DNA of 64,000 nucleotides from an uncultured Chloroflexia bacterium (GTDB taxonomy: Bacteria; Chloroflexota; Anaerolineae; Anaerolineales; UBA4823), in assembly GCA_963792075.1 (NCBI GenBank), contig CAWBUW010000007.1, positions 846,429 to 910,428 on the forward strand, written 5' to 3'. Positions 53,736 to 62,525 of the stretch are shown here, piece after piece; position 1 is the stretch's first letter; each line of letters opens with the position of its first letter. The position numbers and the translations under genes are program-made. The notes under the pieces are model-generated. The model saw only the letters and a program-made list of their open reading frames with translations, had not been told where the DNA came from and did not search any database.

Positions 53736-54125
53736 ATGCCTGATCCTCACCCAACCCAACCCCGCTTGTGCGTCATCGGCGAATCCGACCCCTTCCTGGC
53801 CCGCCTGCTGCAGCGTTTTGCCGAAAAAAGCGGACTGAAGGTGACTTCCGCCCGCACCGGGGAGGACGTGCTGGCGCTGGCGCAGCATCACCGTCCAGCC
53901 CTGATTATCCTGGAGCCGGAATTGCCCGGAAAACTGCGCGGCTGGGATGTGATCCGGCAGTTGCGGGAGGACAGCCAGGAGATCCCGGTTATCGTTTGCG
54001 CCTGGCGAAAGAAAGACGAGACGTTGGCGCTGACCGGCCCGGTCGCTGCTTACCTGCAAAAGCCCGATTTGCATTACGAAGATTTTGTCACCGCGCTGGC
54101 GGCCGCTAACGTGACTTCGTGGTGA
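53736..54125 (+). CDS. stand-alone receiver-domain protein with Glu at the phospho-acceptor position
   Basis: 129 aa with a CheY-like fold. The acidic pocket is GESDP, ALIILEPELPG stands where DxxxLDxxMP is expected, and the conserved Lys is in YLQKP. Confidence 0.7.
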   Translation: MPDPHPTQPRLCVIGESDPFLARLLQRFAEKSGLKVTSARTGEDVLALAQHHRPALIILEPELPGKLRGWDVIRQLREDSQEIPVIVCAWRKKDETLALTGPVAAYLQKPDLHYEDFVTALAAANVTSW

Positions 54126-54180
54126 AAATTCAATATCGTCAATCGTCGTAGTATCTGAAAGATTATTTCGGAGGTAGAGA

Positions 54181-55446
54181 ATGAATTCAAGAGAACGAGT
54201 GCAACTCGCGCTGAATCACAAAGAAGCCGACCGTGTCCCGCTCGATCTGGGCGGCTGCGGCCAGACCGGCATGCACGTTTCCACCGTCTACGCCCTGCGC
54301 CAGGCGCTCAAACTCGATCCCCCCGGCGTCCCGGTCAAAGTGGATGAACCGTTTCAGATGCTGGGCGAAATCAAGCCTGATTTGCAGGATGCACTGGGAG
54401 TGGATGTGGTCGGTATGGGCGGGGAGACCAATTTCTTCGGCTATAAGAACGAAGGCTGGAAGCCCTGGACGACTTTCGATGGCACTCCCGTGCTCGTCCC
54501 GGAGCTGTTCAACACCAAATTGGAGGAGAATGGCGAAATCCTGATGTACCCACAGGGCGATAAATCGGTGCCGCCCTGCGCCAAAATGCCGAACGGTGGC
54601 TTTTATTTCGACAACATCGTCCGCCAGCCTCCCTTCGACGATGCCAGCTTAAATGTGGAGGACAACCTGGAGGAGTTTGGGCCGGTTTCTGCAGCGGACC
54701 TGGCCCATCTTAAGCGGGAAGCTGAGACCCTGCACACCCACACCGATAAAGCGATTGTGATGGTCCTGGGCGGCATGGCTTATGGCGACATCGCCCTGGT
54801 GCCGGGGCCGATGCTGAAAAAACCCCGCGGCATCCGCGATATGACCGAATGGTATATGAGCACGGTAACACGCCAGGATTACGTCCGCCAGGTCTTCGAG
54901 CGCCAATGTGAGATTGCGCTGGAGAACCTGCCCAAAATCTATGCCGCCGTGGGTGACCGCATTACGGTGGCCTGGATCAGCGGCACCGATTTTGGAGCGC
55001 AAAATAACTGCTTTATTTCTCCCAAGACTTTCCGTTCGCTGTACAAGCCTTTTTACACGCGCGTCAACGATTGGATCCACCAGAATACAAACTGGAAAAC
55101 CTTCATTCACTCTTGCGGGTCGATTTTGCCTATCATCCCCGACATTATCGAGGCTGGATTCGACATCCTCAACCCGGTGCAGACATCCGCAGCCAACATG
55201 GATCCGGCCGTGCTGAAGACCCGTTTCGGTGAGCAGGTCACGTTCTGGGGTGGCGGCGTAGACACCCAGCACACCCTGCCCTTCGGCACGCCGGAGGAGG
55301 TCCGCACGCAGGTGCGTGAACGGCTTGAGATTTTTGGCAAGGGTGGCGGGTTTGTCTTTAACCCTATCCACAATGTTCAAGCCCAGGTCCCCGTAGAAAA
55401 CCTGCTGGCAATGTACCAGACTGTCGCTGAATATGGGAAATATTGA
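54181..55446 (+). CDS. URO-D/MtaA-family methyltransferase-like protein (paralogue 1, HxC type)
   Basis: 421 aa with uroporphyrinogen-decarboxylase-fold family sequence. It contains IHSCG, an HxC zinc-ligand-type motif as in MtaA-like enzymes. Confidence 0.75.
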   Translation: MNSRERVQLALNHKEADRVPLDLGGCGQTGMHVSTVYALRQALKLDPPGVPVKVDEPFQMLGEIKPDLQDALGVDVVGMGGETNFFGYKNEGWKPWTTFDGTPVLVPELFNTKLEENGEILMYPQGDKSVPPCAKMPNGGFYFDNIVRQPPFDDASLNVEDNLEEFGPVSAADLAHLKREAETLHTHTDKAIVMVLGGMAYGDIALVPGPMLKKPRGIRDMTEWYMSTVTRQDYVRQVFERQCEIALENLPKIYAAVGDRITVAWISGTDFGAQNNCFISPKTFRSLYKPFYTRVNDWIHQNTNWKTFIHSCGSILPIIPDIIEAGFDILNPVQTSAANMDPAVLKTRFGEQVTFWGGGVDTQHTLPFGTPEEVRTQVRERLEIFGKGGGFVFNPIHNVQAQVPVENLLAMYQTVAEYGKY

Positions 55447-55505
55447 TCACACCTCAAAAACTTGGGGTAACCCCCTTTTTATTGAGAGGATACAAATATT
55501 GAGAT

Positions 55506-55569
55506 TGTCCAATAATCCAAAAACAAGTTCCAATTCTGCAAGACTTTGCAGGCCGTTTGTGACAAACTA
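55506..55569 (+). promoter_or_regulatory. conserved 64-nt upstream element, copy 2
   Basis: tgtccaataatccaaaaacaagttccaattctgcaagactttgcaggccgtttgtgacaaacta, ~95 nt upstream of the binding-protein start. Confidence 0.5.
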
Positions 55570-55663
55570 AAACCAGCGGGAAATGCTTGAATTGTGCTTT
55601 TCCCCCTTTGTTCATCGCCTGTCGCTGACAGGCAACAATTTCACCCGAGAGGAGAAAGAATTG

Positions 55664-57676
55664 ATGAAACGTTCCATGTATTTCCTTTTCACTGCTGTGG
55701 TGCTGGCGTCCATGTTATTGGCCTCCTGCGCCCCGGCCGCCACTCCTGAGGTGGCCGCGACGAAGGCGCCCGCGACCGAAGCGCCCGCGGCCCCCGCAGC
55801 AAGTAGCAAACCGCTCTTTGTGGTTATTAACAAGAGCGCCGATCAGCAATACTTCATTGACCTGCAAAACTCGTTCATGGACACTGCCACTACCCTGGGC
55901 GCGGATTCCAAGAAATTCGATGCCAAGCTCGACCCGAACCTGGGCGTGAGCCTGGTGAACGACGCCATTTCGGCGGGCGCCAAGGGCATCGCCATCACCG
56001 TCCCCGACCAGACGATCGGCCCGGCCATTGCCAAGGCCGCCAAGGATGCCGGTGTGGTGTTGATCGCCACCGATGACGGCATCAAGGACGAGGCTGGCAA
56101 CCCGGTCCCCTTCGTCGGCTTCGACGGCAAGGACATGGGCAAGAAAGTCGGCGAAGCGGCTGCCAAGCTGCTGACCGACAGCGGCTGGCTGACAGATTCT
56201 GCCAAGAAGGTCGGCGTGCTGTCTGTGGAAGTCCAGACCCTTTCGGTCTGCAATGACCGCACCGACAACGAAAAAGCCGCCGTGATTGCTGCTGGCGTAC
56301 CCGAAGCGCAGGTTTTCCCGGTTCCGTATACCGGTGAAGCCCTCTCCGCGCAGGATGCGGCCGGCCCGATCATCACCGCTCACCCTGAAGTCACCAACTG
56401 GGTCGTCTTTGGCTGCAATGACGAAGGCGCGCTGGGTACCCTGAATGCGCTCGCCACCGCCGGCGCCAAGCCCGATGACGTCATCGGCGTTGGCCTGGGC
56501 GCTTACGAAGCCTGCAAATTCTGGGCTGCCGATCAGCCCTCCGGCTTCAAAGCTGGCCTGTTCATCTCCGGCCTGGACGTTGGCAAGACCGCTGCAACCG
56601 TGCTCTTCGATGCGGTTGTGAACGGCAAAGCTCCGGCTCCCGCCTCTTACGCCCCCACCTCCATCGTCGATGCGTCTAACTTCAAGACCGTGATGGATCC
56701 GGTTTCTCTCGCAAACTGTGGCACTGCACCCGCTGCGGCTCCTGCCGCTGCCGAAAAGCCGCTCTTTGTGGTCATCAACAAGAGCGCCGATCAGCAGTAC
56801 TTCATTGACCTGCAAACCTCCTTCATGGACACTGCCACTACCCTGGGCGCGGATTCCAAGAAATTCGACGCCAAGCTCGACCCGAACCTGGGCGTGAGCC
56901 TGGTGAACGACGCCATTTCGGCGGGCGCCAAGGGCATCGCTATCACCGTCCCCGACCAGACGATCGGCCCGGCCATTGCCAAGGCCGCCAAGGATGCCGG
57001 TGTGGTGTTGATCGCCACCGATGACGGCATCAAGGACGAGGCTGGCAACCCGGTCCCCTTCGTCGGCTTCGACGGCAAGGACATGGGCAAGAAAGTCGGC
57101 GAAGCGGCTGCCAAGCTGCTGACCGACAGCGGCTGGCTGGCAGATTCTGCCAAGAAGGTCGGCGTGCTGTCTGTGGAAGTCCAGACCCTTTCGGTCTGCA
57201 ATGACCGCACCGACAACGAAAAAGCCGCCGTGATTGCTGCTGGCGTACCCGAAGCGCAGGTTTTCCCGGTTCCGTACACCGGTGAAGCCCTCTCCGCGCA
57301 GGATGCGGCCGGCCCGATCATCACCGCTCACCCTGAAATCACCAACTGGATTGTCTTTGGCTGCAATGACGAAGGCGCGCTGGGTACCCTGAATGCGCTC
57401 GCCACCGCCGGCGCCAAGCCCGATGACATCATCGGTGTTGGCCTGGGCGCTTACGAAGCCTGCAAGGCGTGGGCTGCCGATCAGCCCTCCGGCTTCAAAG
57501 CTGGCCTGTTCATCTCCGGCCTGGACGTTGGCAAAACCGCTGCAACTGTGCTCTTCGATGCGGTTGTGAACGGCAAAGCCCCGGCTCCCGCCTCTTACGC
57601 CCCCACCTCCATCGTCGATGCGTCTAACTTCAAGACCGTGATGGATCCAATATCACTCGCAAACTGCTCTAAGTAA
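55664..57676 (+). CDS. lipoprotein ABC substrate-binding protein made of two tandem near-identical type-I (ribose/xylose-like) binding domains
   Basis: ORF trimmed to MKRSMYFLFTAVVLASMLLASC, a lipobox signal peptide. Two ~316-aa modules differ at only a handful of residues. Confidence 0.85.
   Translation: MKRSMYFLFTAVVLASMLLASCAPAATPEVAATKAPATEAPAAPAASSKPLFVVINKSADQQYFIDLQNSFMDTATTLGADSKKFDAKLDPNLGVSLVNDAISAGAKGIAITVPDQTIGPAIAKAAKDAGVVLIATDDGIKDEAGNPVPFVGFDGKDMGKKVGEAAAKLLTDSGWLTDSAKKVGVLSVEVQTLSVCNDRTDNEKAAVIAAGVPEAQVFPVPYTGEALSAQDAAGPIITAHPEVTNWVVFGCNDEGALGTLNALATAGAKPDDVIGVGLGAYEACKFWAADQPSGFKAGLFISGLDVGKTAATVLFDAVVNGKAPAPASYAPTSIVDASNFKTVMDPVSLANCGTAPAAAPAAAEKPLFVVINKSADQQYFIDLQTSFMDTATTLGADSKKFDAKLDPNLGVSLVNDAISAGAKGIAITVPDQTIGPAIAKAAKDAGVVLIATDDGIKDEAGNPVPFVGFDGKDMGKKVGEAAAKLLTDSGWLADSAKKVGVLSVEVQTLSVCNDRTDNEKAAVIAAGVPEAQVFPVPYTGEALSAQDAAGPIITAHPEITNWIVFGCNDEGALGTLNALATAGAKPDDIIGVGLGAYEACKAWAADQPSGFKAGLFISGLDVGKTAATVLFDAVVNGKAPAPASYAPTSIVDASNFKTVMDPISLANCSK
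55811..57671 (+). repeat. 948-bp-period tandem duplication inside the binding-protein gene
   Basis: ccgctctttgtgg... starts at 55811 and again at 56759. About 913 bp are repeated with only scattered substitutions. The ORF track's mirrored antisense ORFs (55843..56376 and 56791..57324) are near-identical. Confidence 0.9.
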
Positions 57677-57694
57677 TCCATCGAACCATTTACA

Positions 57695-57777
57695 CCCCTC
57701 ACCCCATAGCCCCTCTCCCGTTGGGAGAGGGGTGCAGAAGCTCCCCTCCCCCACGGGGGGAGGGGCAGGGGTGAGGG
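57695..57777 (+). promoter_or_regulatory. GC-rich nested hairpin cluster between the binding-protein and ATPase genes
   Basis: The outer stem cccctcacccc/ggggtgaggg encloses cccctctccc-gtt-gggagagggg and cccctccccc-ac-gggggagggg. Confidence 0.55.
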
Positions 57778-57855
57778 AATTTTAAGTGCCCCGGTCTAAC
57801 ACCGGAGAATGTAAAGCCCTTGTCTGCGGGCGCCGCAGGGGATACAATCTAATCC

Positions 57856-59451
57856 ATGACCATGACTGATACCCCTTCTCCTTCGACCGTTGTCCCTGAA
57901 TCGGATGCCCCTCCCGGAACGCTCCAAATTCGTGACATCAGCAAAGCTTTTCCCAACGTCCTGGCCCTGACCGAGGTCTCGCTCGACATTCGCCCCGGCG
58001 AGATCCTGGCTTTTATGGGTGAAAACGGCGCCGGGAAATCGACGCTGCTCAAAATCATCAACGGCGATTACCAGCCTGATTCTGGCACCTTGATGATGGA
58101 CGGCCAGCGCCTGGTGTTTTCCAGCCCGTTTGCCGCGCACCGCGCCGGGATTCGCGTCATCTACCAGGAACCGGAAATCATCCCTGGTGTAGATGTGGCA
58201 GAAAATATCTGGGTGGGTGAGCTGCCCAAGCGCCTGGGCTTCATCGAGCGCCGCCGCCTGAACGAACAGGTGCAACGCAGCCTGGAAGAATACGGCTTCG
58301 CCAATGTTTTGCCGACCAACCTGCTCGGGGACCAGCTTTCGCCCGCCCAGCGGCAGTTGGTGGAAATTATGCGCGCCCTTAAATCAGGCGTGCGTGTCCT
58401 GGCGCTGGACGAACCGACCTCGTCATTGTCGGACGAGGAAGTTGAACGCCTGTTTACCCTCGTACGTCGCCTGCGAGACGAGGGGGTAGCCATTATTTAT
58501 GTTTCTCATCGCATCAAAGAAATCCTACGGCTCTGCGACAAGGTCGCCATCTTGCGCGATGGCCGCCTGGTTGCCGTCCGCCCCGCGGCTGAGCTGACCG
58601 ATGGTGAAATCGTCCGCTTGATGGTGGGCCGTGAGCTCTCGGACGTTCTCCAGCGCAGCCACGCGGATACCGGCCGCGAAGTGCTGCGCGTTGAAAACCT
58701 GCGCAGCAACTACCATACCGACGTCAACTTCCACATCAACGCCGGCGAGGTGGTAGGGTTTGCCGGGCTGGTAGGCGCGGGCCGCTCGGAATTAGCCAAA
58801 GTGATTTTTGGCGAATTCCCCAAAAGCGGCGGAAAAATCTTTCTGGAAGGCCGGGAAGTCACCATTCGCCGCCCCGATGACGCCATCGCTAAGGGGATTG
58901 GTTTTGCACCCGAGGACCGCAAACGCGAAGGCCTGGTATTGGTGCGCAGCGTTCTCGAAAATGCCTCCATCGCCATCCTGCGGCGCTTAAGTCGTTTCCA
59001 TTTTGTTCGCAGCGGGATGGAGAGAGCGGTGGTGTCCGGGTTTGTGGAAAAACTTCAGGTACGCACGCCTTCGCTGGAACAGGAAGTGGGCAAACTTTCG
59101 GGCGGCAACCAGCAGAAGGTGGTCATCGCCCGCTGGCTGGCGGCCAAGCCCAAGGTTCTGATCCTCGATGAACCGACGCGCGGCATCGACGTGGGCGCAA
59201 AAGCAGAAATTTACCGCCTGGTGGACGAGCTTGCCAACCAGGGTTTAGGCATCATGTTTATCAGTTCCGAGCTGCCCGAGATCCTTGGGCTTTCAGACCG
59301 TATTTATGTCATGCAAAACGGCCGTATCACCGGAGAACTTTCCGGGGCGAATGCCAGCGAGGAAGCCGTCCTCGGGCTGGCCATGGTCGACCACTTATCG
59401 GCGGCTCCGGCTGAGACCGCGGCGCCTTCCGAGGAGAATACCCCCCTATGA
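57856..59451 (+). CDS. sugar ABC transporter ATP-binding protein (two fused ABC domains, RbsA/MglA-like)
   Basis: Walker A GENGAGKST, signature LSPAQRQ / LSGGNQQK, two Walker B motifs; 531 aa. Confidence 0.9.
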   Translation: MTMTDTPSPSTVVPESDAPPGTLQIRDISKAFPNVLALTEVSLDIRPGEILAFMGENGAGKSTLLKIINGDYQPDSGTLMMDGQRLVFSSPFAAHRAGIRVIYQEPEIIPGVDVAENIWVGELPKRLGFIERRRLNEQVQRSLEEYGFANVLPTNLLGDQLSPAQRQLVEIMRALKSGVRVLALDEPTSSLSDEEVERLFTLVRRLRDEGVAIIYVSHRIKEILRLCDKVAILRDGRLVAVRPAAELTDGEIVRLMVGRELSDVLQRSHADTGREVLRVENLRSNYHTDVNFHINAGEVVGFAGLVGAGRSELAKVIFGEFPKSGGKIFLEGREVTIRRPDDAIAKGIGFAPEDRKREGLVLVRSVLENASIAILRRLSRFHFVRSGMERAVVSGFVEKLQVRTPSLEQEVGKLSGGNQQKVVIARWLAAKPKVLILDEPTRGIDVGAKAEIYRLVDELANQGLGIMFISSELPEILGLSDRIYVMQNGRITGELSGANASEEAVLGLAMVDHLSAAPAETAAPSEENTPL

Positions 59452-60593
59452 GCAACAACGAACAAGCAGCCCAGGTAACACCCCAGGTAAAAACCAAGCC
59501 CAGGCGCGACATCTTGCGTGAAACGCTTGGATTTATCGGCGCTGATAACCTTTCGCTCATTTTTGCGCTGGTCGCACTCGTGTTCCTGATTACCGTGGCG
59601 AGTGGTTGGGTAGGGATGCCCGGCGGCTCAAAATTTTTCACCTGGCAAAACCTGATGAACAGCCTGGCGCAGGCAATTGTGATTGTTGGCCTGATTTCCA
59701 TCGGTGAAACAGTCGTCATTATCGCCGGGGCGCTCGACATTTCTGTCGGCTCCATTGCTTCCATCGGGTCGGTGGTTGCGGCCTCGGTGCTGGTTGGCAC
59801 CGGTACGGTCGGATCATTGGGCATCCTGCCCACCGGCATCACGGTCGTAGCCGTCCTCGCCGGCATCGCCGCCGGGATGATTGCCGGTGCGATCAACGGT
59901 TCCATCGTCACCGCCCTGCGCGTCAACCCGACCATCGCCACGCTCGGCACGCTGGCGGCCTTCGCCGGGTTTGCCTTCCTGCTGGCTCCGGAAGGTAAAC
60001 CGATTGGCGTTCTGACCCAGCCCGATTTCACCTGGATGGCCCAGGGCCGCTTCCTGACCGAGAGCGCTATCCCGCCATTGGGCGGCTCGAACTGGACCGG
60101 CATCCCGGTGCTGACGGTGATCCTCGTCATCGTCGCCATCCTCATCCATATCCTGATGCGCTACACCGATTTTGGCCGCGCCATTTACGCCATCGGCGGG
60201 AATCCCACCGCCGCCCGCCTGGCCGGGATTAACATCTCGCAGGTGCGGATTGTGATGTATATGATTTCCGGTGGCATTGCCGGGTTAGCCGGCGTTTTGC
60301 TGACCGCGCGCACCACCTCGGGTAACCCCATCAACGGCACCGGGCTGGAACTGCAGGCTATTACCGCCGTCTTCCTGGGTGGAGCGGCCACTTCTGGCGG
60401 CAAAGGCACCATCATGGGCACCTTCCTGGCCGTCATCCTGGTGGGCGTACTCAACAATGGCATGAACCTGCTCGGCTTCAACACCTTTACCCAGCGCGTG
60501 GCGCTTGGTTTGCTGCTGATCGCCGCTGTGGCGATTTCACAGTGGCGGCAGGCGCAGGCTGAAAGTGCCCGCACCCGCGCCGAAAAGCATTAA
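59448..60593 (+). CDS. sugar ABC transporter permease (RbsC/AraH family)
   Basis: 381-aa polytopic protein. The ATG overlaps the upstream stop (ATGA). Confidence 0.85.
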   Translation: MSNNEQAAQVTPQVKTKPRRDILRETLGFIGADNLSLIFALVALVFLITVASGWVGMPGGSKFFTWQNLMNSLAQAIVIVGLISIGETVVIIAGALDISVGSIASIGSVVAASVLVGTGTVGSLGILPTGITVVAVLAGIAAGMIAGAINGSIVTALRVNPTIATLGTLAAFAGFAFLLAPEGKPIGVLTQPDFTWMAQGRFLTESAIPPLGGSNWTGIPVLTVILVIVAILIHILMRYTDFGRAIYAIGGNPTAARLAGINISQVRIVMYMISGGIAGLAGVLLTARTTSGNPINGTGLELQAITAVFLGGAATSGGKGTIMGTFLAVILVGVLNNGMNLLGFNTFTQRVALGLLLIAAVAISQWRQAQAESARTRAEKH

Positions 60594-60610
60594 TCTTCGG
60601 GAAAAATAAC

Positions 60611-61780
60611 TTGAACAACCGTGAACGCTTTACCCAAGCCATTCACTGGGAACCGGTCGACCGCCTCCTGACCTACGATTACCTCGACAATACCGGCATT
60701 CTAAGGAAGTACGGCGGTTACGACAACTCCCGGAAGTATACCTTCGAGGAACTGGTCGAAGTCAACGCCCGCGCCTGGAAGAATATCGGCGTGGACGTGA
60801 CCCGCTCCATCCACGACCCCGTCAATCACTGGATGGGCGGTAAGATCACCAACTGGATCCGCTTCTTCGGGGTCAACCCGGATGATTGGGCGGTTTCCCA
60901 GGCGGGTGAGACGGCCTGGATCTCCAAACGGCCTTTCAAGACGCTGGCGGAGCTCGAAAAGCACATGCCCCACAAGCCGGTCTATGAAGAGGTGCGTGAT
61001 TGGTACCAGCCTTTCATCCGCTACGTCCAGCAGGTGCATGACCATTACGACGTGGCCTTTATCGGCGCGATCGAAGGCCCGATTACCGATGCCTATTCCT
61101 TCATGGATATGGAGTTGTTCGCCCAGGCCATCTACGACGCCCCGGAGCTGGTCTCTCACATCATGGATTGCACCGGGTTGTTCTCGGCCTACGTCGCCAG
61201 GGCTTTTGCGGAAGTTTCCAGCGTACCGCTCTTGTTCATGGGCGAGGATATTTCCGGTACCACCGGGCCGATTTTCAACCCCAAATTTGTCCGCCAGGAA
61301 GGTTTGCCGCGCTGGAAGTGGATTACCGCGCCCATCAAAGACAAGGGGATGAAATTCTTATTCCACACCGATGGCCGCTACGGGAAATTCCTGCCCCTGA
61401 TTTTCGACGAGCTGGAAGCCGACGGCCTGAACCCCATCGAGCGCAATAACTGCAATGACATTTTCGCCATCCGCAAGGAATACCCGCACAAACTGCTCTT
61501 TGGGAATGTCTGCTGTATCCATACCCTGCCGCATGGCTCTCTGGAAGATGTGCAGGATGAGACTTTGGAATTGATCGAAAAGATTGGGCCGCAGGGCGGG
61601 ATCTTTATCGGTTCGTCGAGCGAAGTCCACGACGCCATCCCCGTGGAAAATGCCGCTATGATGTACCGGACCGTCCACGAATACGGCGATTATCCGATTG
61701 ACGTAGAACGCATCCGCGCCCTCCGGGCCGGCCTGCGCCAAAATGGCAGTTTGAAACTGCGCGCCAATGAGCCGCTCTAA
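60611..61780 (+). CDS. URO-D/MtaA-family methyltransferase-like protein (paralogue 2, HxD type)
   Basis: 389 aa with a TTG start per the ORF track. URO-D-fold family; it has FHTDG where paralogue 1 has HSCG. Confidence 0.7.
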   Translation: MNNRERFTQAIHWEPVDRLLTYDYLDNTGILRKYGGYDNSRKYTFEELVEVNARAWKNIGVDVTRSIHDPVNHWMGGKITNWIRFFGVNPDDWAVSQAGETAWISKRPFKTLAELEKHMPHKPVYEEVRDWYQPFIRYVQQVHDHYDVAFIGAIEGPITDAYSFMDMELFAQAIYDAPELVSHIMDCTGLFSAYVARAFAEVSSVPLLFMGEDISGTTGPIFNPKFVRQEGLPRWKWITAPIKDKGMKFLFHTDGRYGKFLPLIFDELEADGLNPIERNNCNDIFAIRKEYPHKLLFGNVCCIHTLPHGSLEDVQDETLELIEKIGPQGGIFIGSSSEVHDAIPVENAAMMYRTVHEYGDYPIDVERIRALRAGLRQNGSLKLRANEPL

Positions 61781-61796
61781 AGTTGTTGGCTTTGAT

Positions 61797-61838
61797 GGTG
61801 GTGTGTGCGGGCGGCGTAGGCCGCCTGCACACACCACC
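61797..61838. terminator. 19-bp hairpin between paralogue 2 and the corrinoid protein gene
   Basis: ggtggtgtgtgcgggcggc-gtag-gccgcctgcacacaccacc, with one G.T pair. Confidence 0.5.
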
Positions 61839-61873
61839 AATAATACATCATTACCCAATGAAAGAGGCTATTT

Positions 61874-62515
61874 ATGGAATCGTTGATTAAAGAAATCCAC
61901 ACCGCTGTGATGGAAGGCCAGAGTGACGTTGTCCAGGAAAAAGTACAGGCTGCGCTGACCGCAGGACTGCCCGCCGCAGCCATCCTGAATGAGGGCATGA
62001 TTTCGGCCATGTCCGAGGTCGGGAAGTTATTCGAAGAAGGCGAATACTTTGTCCCTGAAATGCTCATCTCCGCCCGCGCCATGCAGGCCGGGCTGGTCCT
62101 GCTCAAGCCCATGCTTAAGGAAGCAAACGTCAAATCGGCTGGCACGGTCGTTATCGGCACGGTCAAAGGCGATCTGCACGACATCGGCAAGAACCTGGTG
62201 GCCATGATGCTCGAAGGCGCCGGGTTCGAGATCATCGACCTGGGATCCGACGTTGCCCCGGAAAAATTTGCCGCCGCCGTACGCGAAAAAAGTCCCCAGA
62301 TCGTGGCCCTGTCGGCCCTGCTGACTACCACCATGCCCTCCATGACCGCTACGATCAACGCGCTCAAACAGGCCGGGGTGCGCGAGCAGGTCAAAGTGAT
62401 GATCGGCGGCGCGCCTGTTACCGCCGCATATGCCACCCAGGTCGGCGCGGATGGCTTCGCGGCCGACGCCAGCCGGGCTGTTGCCCTGGCCAAATCCCTG
62501 GTCGAGTCTGCCTGA
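61874..62515 (+). CDS. cobalamin-binding corrinoid protein (MtaC/MtbC-like)
   Basis: 213 aa with an N-terminal helical cap and a Rossmann B12-binding domain. It carries DxHxxG (GDLHDIGKN), SxL (SALLTTT) and GG (MIGGAP). Confidence 0.85.
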   Translation: MESLIKEIHTAVMEGQSDVVQEKVQAALTAGLPAAAILNEGMISAMSEVGKLFEEGEYFVPEMLISARAMQAGLVLLKPMLKEANVKSAGTVVIGTVKGDLHDIGKNLVAMMLEGAGFEIIDLGSDVAPEKFAAAVREKSPQIVALSALLTTTMPSMTATINALKQAGVREQVKVMIGGAPVTAAYATQVGADGFAADASRAVALAKSLVESA

Positions 62516-62525
62516 AAACCTCCCC

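Noticed and set aside
55715-57331. 538-aa minus-strand ORF, plus similar long antisense ORFs at 3344..4306 (+), 21206..22528 (-), 52155..53378 (-), 33785..34591 (+), 45123..46118 (+) and 46739..47596 (-)
   Set aside because: Each lies antisense to a gene with clear family motifs and has a low-complexity Arg/Gly/Ala/His-rich composition. These are typical shadow ORFs of GC-rich DNA.
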